Shown in pieces: positions 46,147 to 55,585 of a DNA stretch of 64,000 nucleotides. The DNA comes from Longilinea sp. GTDB taxonomy: Bacteria > Chloroflexota > Anaerolineae > Anaerolineales > Anaerolineaceae. The translations under genes and the position numbers were made by a program. How positions within the stretch are numbered: position 1 is the first letter of the stretch; each line of letters opens with the position of its first letter. Under the pieces are notes generated by a model. It ran no database searches and had not been told where the DNA came from. It saw only the letters and a program-made list of their open reading frames with translations. The stretch covers positions 603 to 64,602 of the forward strand of contig JBDHWQ010000023.1 of NCBI GenBank assembly GCA_039810245.1. Direction: 5' to 3'.

Positions 46147-46428
46147 AGCGCTGCGCTGGAGCTTTTTTGGCGCGCAAAACGCGGTTTGCCGCCCCGGGTT
46201 AAGAGCAGACCCGGCAATTCTTCAAAAGAGCGCGGTACATGTGCGCTCTTTTCCGCGCATATTGCTATAATGATAGAGACTTTATCACAGTCCCTTTCCC
46301 ATGTTTGCACAATCGAACATTTGCCGCGCCTGTGTTTGTAGGTTGGCAGAGGATGGCTGCATTCCAGCCCAAGCCTCCTTTCCGCTTGCTGACCCCGGCC
46401 GGCCACGCATAGAAAGGACGTACAGATT

Positions 46429-47241
46429 ATGCCTGCCCGACTCGTTACCTGGATTAAAAAGCAGCCGGTTACCGCCCTGTATCTCTTCGCTTTTCTGTTC
46501 ACCTGGTTGGGATGGGCGCCCCAGGCGCTCCATTCTCGCGGTCTGCTACCTTTTGTTAGCCCGATTTTCTATATTTTGGGCGGCGTTGGGCCGCTGCTGG
46601 CGGTTTTCCTGGTTACTTCGGCGCTGCGTGGCGAAGGAGAATTTGGTGAGCCGTTCCGCGCTTTCACGATCTGGCGCGTACAGCCGATCTGGTTTGTGGT
46701 TGCCATCTTGGGCTACCCGTTACTGTGGCTGGCAGCACTGGCGGTGAGTGGCCAGACCGCGGCAGAACTTGCAAAGATCACCTCGCCGCTGGCAGTTGTG
46801 TCCACGTTCGCCGTATCCTTCCTGGCTGCCATTCCCGAAGAAGTAGCCTGGCGCGGTTTTGCATTACCTCGCTTGCAGGCGCGTTTCTCCGCGCTCACAG
46901 CCGCTTTCATCGTGGGCCTGTTGTGGGGCTTATGGCATATACCGTTGCTGCTCAACACCGACAACGTGATGTCTGGCTATGCATCGATCCCCTTTTTCAT
47001 TACGGTATTGGCGCGCTCGGTAATTTATGTGTGGTTATATAACCATACGCGCGGCAGCCTGCTGTTTGTGACCCTCTTCCATGCGGTGTCGAACTCGCTG
47101 GGTACATTTGCGGGATGGGCGGAGATGCTGGTTACCGTGGCGGCGGCGGCGTTACTGGTGCTGGCTTTTGGCGCGGCAAACCTGGCGCGCCAGGCGCAAC
47201 GCGGGAAAGTTGTAGACGCGCCGGTGATAATTGGCGAGTGA
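46429..47241 (+). CDS. CPBP-family intramembrane endopeptidase
   Basis: 'AIPEEVAWRGFALPRL', 'LWGLWHIP' and 'LFHAVSN', with an AAAGGA RBS. Confidence 0.8.
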   Translation: MPARLVTWIKKQPVTALYLFAFLFTWLGWAPQALHSRGLLPFVSPIFYILGGVGPLLAVFLVTSALRGEGEFGEPFRAFTIWRVQPIWFVVAILGYPLLWLAALAVSGQTAAELAKITSPLAVVSTFAVSFLAAIPEEVAWRGFALPRLQARFSALTAAFIVGLLWGLWHIPLLLNTDNVMSGYASIPFFITVLARSVIYVWLYNHTRGSLLFVTLFHAVSNSLGTFAGWAEMLVTVAAAALLVLAFGAANLARQAQRGKVVDAPVIIGE

Positions 47242-47284
47242 CGCTTACGGTAGCACGAATATGGATTTTGGAAAGGATAGTAGG

Positions 47285-47992
47285 ATGCGTTCACATACGT
47301 CTGTATCGCCTGGCTCCGCGACGGATACCCATTGGCTGCAAACAGGGCTTGTAATGCTGGCCCTGGTGGCGGGCGTCGCCCTTTTCATTCTGGTCGATCT
47401 CGCCTATTTCCGTTTTGCCGACGCGCGCTTCCCGCACGTGGGAGAATCGACCGCCCTGGCAAACCTGTGGGGCGTGGTTTCGCGAGCGCATTGGCTCGCG
47501 GTGCTGATCCCCATTGCCCTGTGGAAGCCCGGCTGGCTGGCGCTGCGTGTTGGCAGCATCCGCCAGCACGCGCGCATGCTGCTGATGATGCTGCTGGCAA
47601 ACTGCGGCGTGATCGCTGCCTACCTGTGGCTGACCAACAGCGGCACGCCCTACAGCGGTAACCAGTGGCTGCTCACCGAAGTGGTGACCGTGCCGGTGGT
47701 GGAAGAGCTTTTCTGGCGCGGATTGGTGTTTACCATGTTGCTGGCCGCCTTTCGCCGTATCCAGCCCGAAACTACCGCCCTCAGGCTGACCGTCTGGTCG
47801 AGCGGCATTGCCTTTGGGCTGCTGCACGCCAACAACCTGTTTGCCGGGGTGGCGCTGCCATTTGTTGCCATTCAATGCCTGAATGCCAGCATCTGGGGCG
47901 TGGTGTACGGGTACGCGCGCGCCAAAACGGACAGCGTTTACCCCGCTATGCTGCTCCACGCGGCGATGAACCTGGTGGTGATCCTGTTTTAG
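47285..47992 (+). CDS. CPBP-family intramembrane endopeptidase
   Basis: Trimmed to the ATG at 47285, which follows AAAGGA. Has 'VPVVEELFWRGLVF', 'AFGLLHANN' and 'MLLHAAMN'. Confidence 0.75.
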   Translation: MRSHTSVSPGSATDTHWLQTGLVMLALVAGVALFILVDLAYFRFADARFPHVGESTALANLWGVVSRAHWLAVLIPIALWKPGWLALRVGSIRQHARMLLMMLLANCGVIAAYLWLTNSGTPYSGNQWLLTEVVTVPVVEELFWRGLVFTMLLAAFRRIQPETTALRLTVWSSGIAFGLLHANNLFAGVALPFVAIQCLNASIWGVVYGYARAKTDSVYPAMLLHAAMNLVVILF

Positions 47993-47995
47993 CTG

Positions 47996-48496
47996 TTATT
48001 CCTCGATGAGGATGCGCTCCAGCACGCCGCTTTCCAGGTCGAGGATAGCGGCCTGGCGCGGCTCGCGCTTGAGCCCGCCCAGGCTGCCCGGGTTGATCAG
48101 CCGCGTGCCGTTGGGGTAGCGCGTGTCTTCGGCGCGGTGCGAGTGCCCGCGGAAAACGTACGCATAGCGCCCCGACTGCACCAGGGCATTCAGCCGGCTG
48201 GCTTCGTGCCCGTGCGCCGCTGCCAGCAGCACCCCACCGATTTCGCCGGTGAAGGTGTGCGCGGCGTAGTTATCTTCCCGGAAGTACTTGATCGTATTGA
48301 GGATCTCGCCTTCGGCCAGGTCACCGTTGCCAAAGGTGAGGATCACGCGAAAGCCGTCCAGCAGCCGGGCGGTATCCGGGTGAGTCAGGTCGCCGCAGTG
48401 CACCAGCGTGTCGATGCCCGCGGCGCGCAGCGCGTCCAGCGCGCGCAGCAGGTTGGCCTCGTTATTGTGCGTGTCGGAAAGGATGCCAATACGCAT
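47996..48496 (-). CDS. YfcE/MJ0936-type metallophosphoesterase
   Basis: 'MRIGILSDTHNN', 'HCGDL', 'GNGD' and 'FRGHSHR'. Its start overlaps the upstream MFS stop (TGATG at 48494-48498). Confidence 0.85.
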   Translation of the reverse strand: MRIGILSDTHNNEANLLRALDALRAAGIDTLVHCGDLTHPDTARLLDGFRVILTFGNGDLAEGEILNTIKYFREDNYAAHTFTGEIGGVLLAAAHGHEASRLNALVQSGRYAYVFRGHSHRAEDTRYPNGTRLINPGSLGGLKREPRQAAILDLESGVLERILIEE

Positions 48497-49851
48497 CAGA
48501 CCGGGCTTTCTTCGGTGGCGGCCAGCGCCAGTTTATCGTAATCCGGCAGGATGTCTTCAGCGTCACGGATGGCGGGGCTGAAATAGCCCAGGATACCCAC
48601 CAGGCTGATCAACACGCCGCAGATCACGATCAGCAGGCCCATGCCCGCGCCAGGGCCGGTGCCCACCAGCCAGCCGGCGCTGCGCGCCAGGCCGCTGTCG
48701 ACGCGCATGGCAGGTTCAAGCACAAAATCGGCCAGCGTGCCGCCGATGATCGGCGCGATCGGGTTGGTGAACCACGCGATAAGCCGCCGCGCGGAGAACA
48801 CGCGCCCCTGCAAATCCGGCGCCACCTTTGACTGCCAGATGGCCTGGTTGGAGCCGTTGATGAGGGGCATGGACAGCGCGCCCAGCACGCCGCCGCTGAT
48901 CCAGGCCGGCAGCCCGAACTTAAGCCCCAGGATGGCCGTACCGACAATGCCGGAATAGATCCAACCCCCCAGCACGCCGTGTACCCGGCGGCGAAAGCCG
49001 CCCCACGCGCTCATTACGATGCCGCCCACCACCGCGCCGATGGCCCAACTGGACTGTACTGTGCCGAGGATCAGGCTGTTTTGATTGGTGCGCGCCAGCA
49101 CCATGGGCGTGAACACCGTAAAGGCGATACCCGAGAACAGGTTGCCAAAGAAGAACACCAGCTGCAGCCCCAGCAGGCTGGGGCGCTGGAAGATATAACG
49201 GAAGCCGAACGCGGCCTCTTTCCATACACTGCCCTGAGCGGCCAGGCCTTCCTGCGTGCGCACCGGCTGAGGCACGTGCACTACCAGCAGCGCGCCTACC
49301 GCCAGGAAGAAGGTGATGATATCTGCCAGCAGCAGTCCCTGCAGGCCGATGACCGGCAGCAGCACGCCCGCCAGCACCGGGGCCAGAACCCCCGGCCCGG
49401 CTTCCATCAACGACATCATGCCGTTGGCGCGCCCGAGCTGCTCTTTGGGGATCATGGTGGTGATGGCGGCCGAATAGGCCGGCCACTGGAAGGCATTGCC
49501 GATGCCGTTGAACACTGCCGCAACGTACAGGTGCCAGAACTCCAGCCGCCCGATCAGGATGAGCACAAAAATACCGCTGGTGGCCAGCACCGCCGTCAGG
49601 TCGCTGAGCATCATCATCAGCTTGCGGTTGTAGCGGTCCACCATCACCCCGGCGAAGGGCGAGATGAGCAGGAACGGGGTGATGAAGAACACCTGCAGCA
49701 GGCCCATCGCGGTGGCGCTCTGGGTCTGCTGGTACATCCAGATCGTCAGGCCGAACTGCGACATGCTGGAAGCCAGCACGGAAACAATTTGCCCGATCCA
49801 GATGACGACGAATGCGATCAGGCCGGTGGGTTGGCGGGGGGATTTTTGCAT
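48496..49851 (-). CDS. MFS transporter (EntS/MFS_3-like)
   Basis: Trimmed to 'MQKSPRQPTG'. About 12 TM helices, with 'AGVMVDRYNRKLMM'. Confidence 0.8.
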   Translation of the reverse strand: MQKSPRQPTGLIAFVVIWIGQIVSVLASSMSQFGLTIWMYQQTQSATAMGLLQVFFITPFLLISPFAGVMVDRYNRKLMMMLSDLTAVLATSGIFVLILIGRLEFWHLYVAAVFNGIGNAFQWPAYSAAITTMIPKEQLGRANGMMSLMEAGPGVLAPVLAGVLLPVIGLQGLLLADIITFFLAVGALLVVHVPQPVRTQEGLAAQGSVWKEAAFGFRYIFQRPSLLGLQLVFFFGNLFSGIAFTVFTPMVLARTNQNSLILGTVQSSWAIGAVVGGIVMSAWGGFRRRVHGVLGGWIYSGIVGTAILGLKFGLPAWISGGVLGALSMPLINGSNQAIWQSKVAPDLQGRVFSARRLIAWFTNPIAPIIGGTLADFVLEPAMRVDSGLARSAGWLVGTGPGAGMGLLIVICGVLISLVGILGYFSPAIRDAEDILPDYDKLALAATEESPV

Positions 49852-50210
49852 GCGTCCATTATGCCAAGAACACGGCTGCCTGACAACGTCCATAAGACCA
49901 GGTTTTGGCGACTTTGTCGCCAAAAGCGCAGGGCGCGTATCCATTGTGTGCGATTTTCCTATACCGTAGGGCTTGCAGGGGGCGAGGCTTCGAGGTTCTT
50001 TCCGGCATGGCCGGTTTCTCTCGCCTCGCCCCTACCCATGATTCGAACACGGTTTTTCCCGCCATGCCCAGGGCAAAACGCCGAGCGTCTGAACCAAACA
50101 GGTCCAGACGGTTCAACTATAGAACATTTATGCTATAATTTTGGCAAGCGTATTTCCCACGCGCCAACCCTGGCGTGCATCCTGATAACGAAACGGCTAT
50201 AATAACCCCT

Positions 50211-51638
50211 ATGAGCAAAGTCCAAACCCAGTTTGTCTGCCAGCAGTGCGGGCGCACGTCGCCGCGCATGCTCGGGCGCTGCCCGTCCTGCGGTAGTTAC
50301 GGCTCAATGGTCGAAGAAGTATTTACCCCGCCATCCGCCCCGGCGCAAAGCCCGGTGGCGCGCGCCGGCGTGCTTGGCGGCCGCTCGCAGCCCGTGCGCC
50401 TCAACGAAATCTCCGGCTCGGTCGAAGAGCGCATGTTCCTGCCCATCGGCGAGTTCGCGCGCGTGCTGGGCGGCGGCGTTGTCCCCGGTTCGATTGTGCT
50501 GGTAGGCGGCGACCCTGGCATTGGCAAGTCCACGCTGATGCTGCAAATGGCGGTGGAAATGTCGAACCGGCCGGGCAGCGGCAAGGTGCTGTACGTCTCG
50601 GGTGAGGAATCGGAGCGCCAGATCAAAATGCGCGCCGTGCGCCTGCTATCCGGAGAAAACGGGCAGCACCCCGCGCTCGAAGACCTGTTCCTGGTGACCG
50701 AGACCAACCTTAACACCATCCTCGAGCACGTGGCCGCGGTGCAGCCCAGCCTGCTGGTGGTGGACTCGATCCAGACCATCTATATCCCCGAGCTCAGCTC
50801 GAGCGCCGGGTCGGTCTCGCAGGTGCGCGAGTGCTCCTCGCGGCTGCGCGAGCTGGCCAAAAGCTCGGGCATCGCCGTGTTTGTCATTGGACACGTCACC
50901 AAAGAAGGCGTGATCGCCGGGCCGCGCGTGCTGGAGCACATTGTAGACACGGTGCTGTACCTGGAAGGCGATCGCTACCAGAGCTACCGCCTGCTGCGCT
51001 CGGTGAAAAACCGTTTTGGCGCCACGTCGGAAGTGGGCGTATTTGAGATGCGCGAGCGCGGCATGGTGGAAGTGCCGAACCCGTCTGAGGCGTTCCTGGC
51101 CGAGCGCATGGTCAATGCGCCTGGCTCGGCCATCGCCGTGACGATGGAAGGCACGCGCCCGCTGCTGGTGGAGCTGCAGGGCCTCACCAGCCACTCCAAC
51201 ACCAGCAACCCGCGCCGCACGCCCAACGGGGTGGATATGAGCCGCCTGCTGATGCTGGTGGCTGTGCTTTCGCGCCGCCTGGGCATGAGCCTGGCCGAGC
51301 AGGACGTGTTCGTCAACGTTATTGGCGGGATGCGCATTAACGAGACCGCCGCAGACCTGGCGGTGGCAGCAGCGATCACCTCGTCGATGCGCGATATCCC
51401 GATGAAGGCCGATACAGTGCTGGTGGGCGAGGTTGGCCTGTCGGGCGAGCTGCGCTGGGTGGGGCAGATGAACGCCCGCCTGCGCGAAGCCGGCAACCTG
51501 GGCTTTCGCGCTGCCATCGTGCCGCGACGGGTGCGCCGCGGTGAGCCGTACCCGGATGGCATCCAGGTGATCGAGGCGCGCTCGCTCCAAGAAGCTTTAC
51601 TGTTAGGGCTGGTGGCAGACCCGCGATCCAAAAACTGA
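50211..51638 (+). CDS. radA: DNA repair protein RadA/Sms
   Basis: Trimmed to 'MSKVQTQFVCQQCG'. Has the zinc finger 'CQQCG...CPSCGS', Walker A 'GDPGIGKSTL', 'KNRFG', and a Lon-like C-terminal domain. Confidence 0.92.
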   Translation: MSKVQTQFVCQQCGRTSPRMLGRCPSCGSYGSMVEEVFTPPSAPAQSPVARAGVLGGRSQPVRLNEISGSVEERMFLPIGEFARVLGGGVVPGSIVLVGGDPGIGKSTLMLQMAVEMSNRPGSGKVLYVSGEESERQIKMRAVRLLSGENGQHPALEDLFLVTETNLNTILEHVAAVQPSLLVVDSIQTIYIPELSSSAGSVSQVRECSSRLRELAKSSGIAVFVIGHVTKEGVIAGPRVLEHIVDTVLYLEGDRYQSYRLLRSVKNRFGATSEVGVFEMRERGMVEVPNPSEAFLAERMVNAPGSAIAVTMEGTRPLLVELQGLTSHSNTSNPRRTPNGVDMSRLLMLVAVLSRRLGMSLAEQDVFVNVIGGMRINETAADLAVAAAITSSMRDIPMKADTVLVGEVGLSGELRWVGQMNARLREAGNLGFRAAIVPRRVRRGEPYPDGIQVIEARSLQEALLLGLVADPRSKN

Positions 51639-51658
51639 CCTGCCTGGCCCGGAAACGT

Positions 51659-52984
51659 GTGGGGAAAAACGATAATATGCTGCGCAAACGCGTTCAACTG
51701 GCCATGATCCACCTGGCGGTGGCCATGACCCTGGTGCCGATCAACAGCACCTTAAACCGCATTATGATCAAAGAGATGGCCATTTCCGCCACGCTGGTGG
51801 CAATCCTGGCTTCGCTGCCATACCTGTTTTCGCCCACCCAGGTGCTGATCGGCTCATATTCCGACCGCCACCCGCTGTTTGGCTGGCGCCGCTCGCCCTA
51901 CATTGCCATTGGGCTGGCGCTGTGCGTGCTGGGCGTGGTGCTCTCGCCTCTGGCGGTGTTTGTCATGCCGGTCAACTGGTGGCTGGGGCTGCTGGTTTCG
52001 CTACTGGTATTCGCGGCGTGGGGCATGGGCTTCAACGTGGCCAGCGTGTCATACCTGTCGCTGGCATCCGAGCTTTCGGGGCCGGAAGGCCGCTCGCGCA
52101 CGGTTTCGGTGATGTGGTTTGTGATGATCGCCGGCATCATTGTCACCGCCGCCGCCCTGAGCGGCATGCTGGCAAATTATGATCACGCCGCGCTGCAGCG
52201 CGCCTTCCTGGTTGTGGGCCTCACCTCGCTGGTGTTAGGTCTGCTGGGGCTGGTGCGGCTGGAGCCGCGCACCACCGCGGCCGAAATTGCCGCCGCGGGC
52301 GTGGCGCAGCGCGCTTCGTGGCGCGTGCTGCTGGCCGAAGTGCTGGGCAATCCCGGCGCGCGCGCCTTCTTCATTTATCTGATCCTCATGCTGGCTGCCA
52401 TCCTTGGCCAGGACGTGCTGCTGGAGCCGTTTGCCGGCGAGGCCTTTCACCTGCCGGTGCAGGCCACCACGCGCATCACGTCGATCTGGGGCACGTGCGT
52501 GCTGCTCACCCTGCTGGCCGCCGGCCCGCTGGAGCGGCGCATCGGTAAGCGACGCGTGGCGCAGATGGGCGCGGCCGGGGCCATTCTGGGCTTCGCGCTG
52601 ATCGGCGCCAGCGGTTTCCTGGCGCTCACCACGCTGTTCTATGTTGGCGTGGTGGTGCTGGGGCTGGGCACCGGGCTGGCCACAGTATCCAACCTGTCGC
52701 TCATGCTGGATATGACAACCGCGCGGGTGGGATTGTTTATCGGCGCGTGGGGCGTGGCGGATGCTCTGGCGCGGCTGGTGGGCACCGTGCTGGCCGGCGC
52801 GCTGCGCGACGTGGTAGCACAGGTCACCGGCAGCGCCATTGGCGGTTACGTGAGCGTATTCGCCACGCAGGCCTTGTTGCTGGTCATTTCGCTTGCCCTC
52901 CTGGCGCGCATCGACGTGGGCCGTTTCCAGCGCGAAACGCTCACCCTGGAAGAGCGCGCTGCATTATTGGAAGAAGCTTCTTGA
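51659..52984 (+). CDS. BCD/PucC-like MFS transporter
   Basis: 'LVPINSTLNRIMIKEMAISATLVA' resembles the PucC/LhaA/BCD family N-terminus. About 12 TM helices. The start is either the GTG at 51659 or the ATG at 51677. Confidence 0.7.
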   Translation: MGKNDNMLRKRVQLAMIHLAVAMTLVPINSTLNRIMIKEMAISATLVAILASLPYLFSPTQVLIGSYSDRHPLFGWRRSPYIAIGLALCVLGVVLSPLAVFVMPVNWWLGLLVSLLVFAAWGMGFNVASVSYLSLASELSGPEGRSRTVSVMWFVMIAGIIVTAAALSGMLANYDHAALQRAFLVVGLTSLVLGLLGLVRLEPRTTAAEIAAAGVAQRASWRVLLAEVLGNPGARAFFIYLILMLAAILGQDVLLEPFAGEAFHLPVQATTRITSIWGTCVLLTLLAAGPLERRIGKRRVAQMGAAGAILGFALIGASGFLALTTLFYVGVVVLGLGTGLATVSNLSLMLDMTTARVGLFIGAWGVADALARLVGTVLAGALRDVVAQVTGSAIGGYVSVFATQALLLVISLALLARIDVGRFQRETLTLEERAALLEEAS

Positions 52985-53001
52985 AGGAGAAAGGAAATCT
53001 C

Positions 53002-53517
53002 ATGACTGCTTTGGAACAGGTACTCAACTGGGGGCCGCTGCTGCAAACGCGGCGCAACCATGCCCTCGAACACGCTTCGCTGCAAATTCTGGCGCAGAAA
53101 ATGCCCGGGCTGCGGGCTGCCGGATACTCCGACGCCAACGGCTTCTGGGTGCTGGGCGACGTGCCCATCGAAGACCTGCGCCAGGCCGTGGACGAGGCCC
53201 AGGCGCGGCTGCGCGCCGGCGAGAGCCGCCTGGCCATCCACCCTTTCTGCGGCACCAACTTTGCCGCCACCGGCATCGCTGCCGGCACGGTGGGCTGGCT
53301 GACCATGCTGGGCACGCGCGACCGCCGCGACGCCTTTGACCGCTGGCCGCTGGTGATCAGCCTGGTCACCTTCGCCATGATCGCCGCGCAGCCGCTGGGC
53401 CCCATGGCGCAGCAGTGTTTTACCACCGAGGCCAACCTCGGCCCGCTGCAGGTGGTGGATATCTCACACCAGAAGCGCAACGGTGCTAACGTACTGCGCG
53501 TCAGCACGCGATTTTAA
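53002..53517 (+). CDS. conserved hypothetical protein with His/Cys motifs
   Basis: Track ORF 52747-53517 trimmed to the ATG at 53002, which follows AAGGAGA. Has 'RRNHALEHASLQIL' and 'AIHPFCGTNF' plus two hydrophobic segments. Confidence 0.6.
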   Translation: MTALEQVLNWGPLLQTRRNHALEHASLQILAQKMPGLRAAGYSDANGFWVLGDVPIEDLRQAVDEAQARLRAGESRLAIHPFCGTNFAATGIAAGTVGWLTMLGTRDRRDAFDRWPLVISLVTFAMIAAQPLGPMAQQCFTTEANLGPLQVVDISHQKRNGANVLRVSTRF

Positions 53518-53712
53518 TATTTTGTTGCCTGTCCGGGGCGAAGCGTCGGCGCAGCAACAAAGATACACTTTTCACCGCTCACCTTGCATTTTGGTTAGCC
53601 GCTAGAGAGCGCTTCCAACCAAAATCCGCGATTCGAGAAACAGAATCGCGGATTTTCGTTATTAACCATAGAACAACACACCACGCAGCCCGCACCACTG
53701 AGGATACCTGCC

Positions 53713-54276
53713 TTGAAAGATCTTTCCCGCCCGATCCGCACGGACGAAACCCTGCTGTGCCACATCCAGCGCAGCCGCCACTGGAGCAGCCTGCTCCTGC
53801 GGCTCGCCGGCAGCATCGCCATCATCCTGCTCGTCTGGCGCCTGTTTTACTACCTGAACCGCTCCTTCATCGAGAGCTATATCCGCCCGTGGAGTACCTT
53901 TGGCAGCTCGTGGCTGATCGTCGTTAACCTGTTCCTTTCACTGGTGCCGGCGCTGGTGCTGCTGGCCCTGGCACAGGACTTTCTGTACACCTTCCTCGTC
54001 GAGCTGTCGCTCACCGACCGGCGCATTGTGGGGCGCGTGGGCGGGCTGGTGTGGCTGCGCGAGGTGGATCTGCCGCTGGAGCAGGTGCAGGACGTGCGCC
54101 TGGATCATGGCCACCTGTTGATTGAGCGCGCCGGCGGCCGGCCGCTGCAGGTCTACGGCCTGCCCGGTCCGGAGCGCTTTGTCACCGCGTACCAGGAGCG
54201 CCACCTGGCCCTGCCCGCTCTCGACGACCCGGCCTACGAGCTGCCCGACGCGTTCACCTTCCAGGGCGCGCGCTAG
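53713..54276 (+). CDS. membrane protein with bacterial PH (YdbS/YdbT-like) domain
   Basis: TTG start. Two TM helices, then 'LSLTDRRIVGRVGGLVWLREVDLPLEQVQDVRLDHGHLLIERAGG'. Confidence 0.5.
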   Translation: MKDLSRPIRTDETLLCHIQRSRHWSSLLLRLAGSIAIILLVWRLFYYLNRSFIESYIRPWSTFGSSWLIVVNLFLSLVPALVLLALAQDFLYTFLVELSLTDRRIVGRVGGLVWLREVDLPLEQVQDVRLDHGHLLIERAGGRPLQVYGLPGPERFVTAYQERHLALPALDDPAYELPDAFTFQGAR

Positions 54277-54316
54277 ACACCCGTTGACGTGCGGGCAGGC
54301 GGTGGAGTTTTTCAAT

Positions 54317-54351
54317 CTCCCCTTCTTTCCCCGCGCCGGGGAGAGAAGGAG
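54317..54351. repeat. GC-rich palindromic hairpin element
   Basis: CTCCCCTTCTTTCCCC-GCGCC-GGGGAGAGAAGGAG forms a ~12-bp imperfect stem. A second small hairpin, GAGAGG-TTTT-CCTCTC, follows. Confidence 0.5.
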
Positions 54352-54508
54352 TCAGGGGATGAGAGAGGTTTTCCTCTCCATTTTCCCTTGACCAATCTTG
54401 CTTGATTCCGGTCAAGGATTCTTGTACAATTTAAGAATATAGCGGACCAGCCCCCTTGGGAAAAGTTTGCTTGCAATGACCGTTTCATGAGAGAAAGGGA
54501 GAGGAAGA

Positions 54509-54769
54509 ATGGACGTCATCAAAGTAAAAGCAAACTCCCGCACTGCTGCCGTCGCGGGGGCGATTGCGGGGGTAATTCGGGAGCATAAGCACGCGGAAGT
54601 TCAGGCAATTGGGGCGGGGGCCGTCAACCAGGCCATCAAGGCGCTGGTGCTGGCCAAGGGCTACCTGGCCGATGATGGCATTCCGATTGTGTGCATGCCC
54701 GAATTCGTAGATGTAGATATTGATGGCAAGATCCGCACCGCCATCAAGCTTGTCGTTGAGCCCAAGTAA
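54509..54769 (+). CDS. spoVS: stage V sporulation protein S family protein
   Basis: 86 aa. 'MDVIKVKANSRTAAVAGAIAGVIREHKHAEVQAIGAGAVNQAIKALVLAKGYL' is characteristic of the family. Confidence 0.9.
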   Translation: MDVIKVKANSRTAAVAGAIAGVIREHKHAEVQAIGAGAVNQAIKALVLAKGYLADDGIPIVCMPEFVDVDIDGKIRTAIKLVVEPK

Positions 54770-54857
54770 AAGATTGCCCGGCAAGGATCGCCTGAGGCGC
54801 TGCGTACCGGCTGCTTGGCCGGTGATGTATAGATAGGCTATGCCACAAGTGGACGAA

Positions 54858-54899
54858 AAGAAACAGGGTTTGCCCGGGCAAACCCTGTTTCTCGTTTTT
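54858..54899. terminator. bidirectional rho-independent terminator between convergent spoVS and the kinase gene
   Basis: GAAACAGGGTTTGCCC/GGGCAAACCCTGTTTC forms a perfect 16-bp palindromic stem, flanked by A-rich and T-rich runs. Confidence 0.75.
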
Positions 54900-55560
54900 A
54901 TAACATCACGCTATTGACTTCGTCGCTGGAGAAGACCACTTCTTCCTTACCGGTCAGCTTCTCCTGCACCTTGCGCACGATCAGGTCTAGGTGTGGCGGG
55001 TGCGCCACGTAATCCAGGTCGTCGGCGGGCACGGTGAGCACCGGGCATTGCACAAAGCCGGCAAACCACTTTTCGTACAGCCCGTTCAACCCTTCAAGGT
55101 AATCGGCGCTGATATCGCGCTCGTAATCACGCGCGCGCTGCTGGATGCGCCCCACCAGCGTGGGCACAGAGGCGCGCAGGTAGATCACCAGGTCGGGCGG
55201 GGGCAGAAAGTCGGCCACGGCCTCATACAGCGCGCGGTAGGTCTGCCAGTCGCGCTCGCTCATGCTGCCCTGCAGGTACAGGTTTTGCGCGAAGATCTCC
55301 GCGTCTTCATAAATACTGCGGTCCTGGATCACCGACCCCGGGAACAGGTACAACTGGTGATGGATGCGCAGGCGGTGCGAGAGGAAAAAGGTCTGCGAGT
55401 GGAAGCTCCACGCCGCCATGTTCTGGTAGAAGTCCGACAGGTACGGGTTTTCGGTCACCGGCTCGTAGAACGGCTGCCAGCCCAGGCGCTCGCACAGCAT
55501 CCCCACCAGTGTCGATTTGCCCACGCCAATATTACCTGCCACCGCGATGAATTTTTTCAT
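54898..55560 (-). CDS. deoxynucleoside kinase
   Basis: Trimmed to 'MKKFIAVAGNIGVGKSTLV' (P-loop). Has 'FYEPV..NPYL' and 'DRSIYEDAEIF'. Confidence 0.85.
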   Translation of the reverse strand: MKKFIAVAGNIGVGKSTLVGMLCERLGWQPFYEPVTENPYLSDFYQNMAAWSFHSQTFFLSHRLRIHHQLYLFPGSVIQDRSIYEDAEIFAQNLYLQGSMSERDWQTYRALYEAVADFLPPPDLVIYLRASVPTLVGRIQQRARDYERDISADYLEGLNGLYEKWFAGFVQCPVLTVPADDLDYVAHPPHLDLIVRKVQEKLTGKEEVVFSSDEVNSVML

Positions 55561-55585
55561 GGCTCCCTCACTGCGACCGCGCGCT

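Noticed and set aside
46143-46747. ORFs 46143-46502 (minus strand), 46285-46533 (minus strand) and 46301-46747 (plus strand) in and around the spacer before the first tandem CPBP gene.
   Set aside because: They overlap one another, are Cys/Arg-rich and have no motifs. The spacer instead contains a hairpin terminator (AGAGCGC...GCGCTCT followed by TTTT near 46231-46256) and a TATAAT box.
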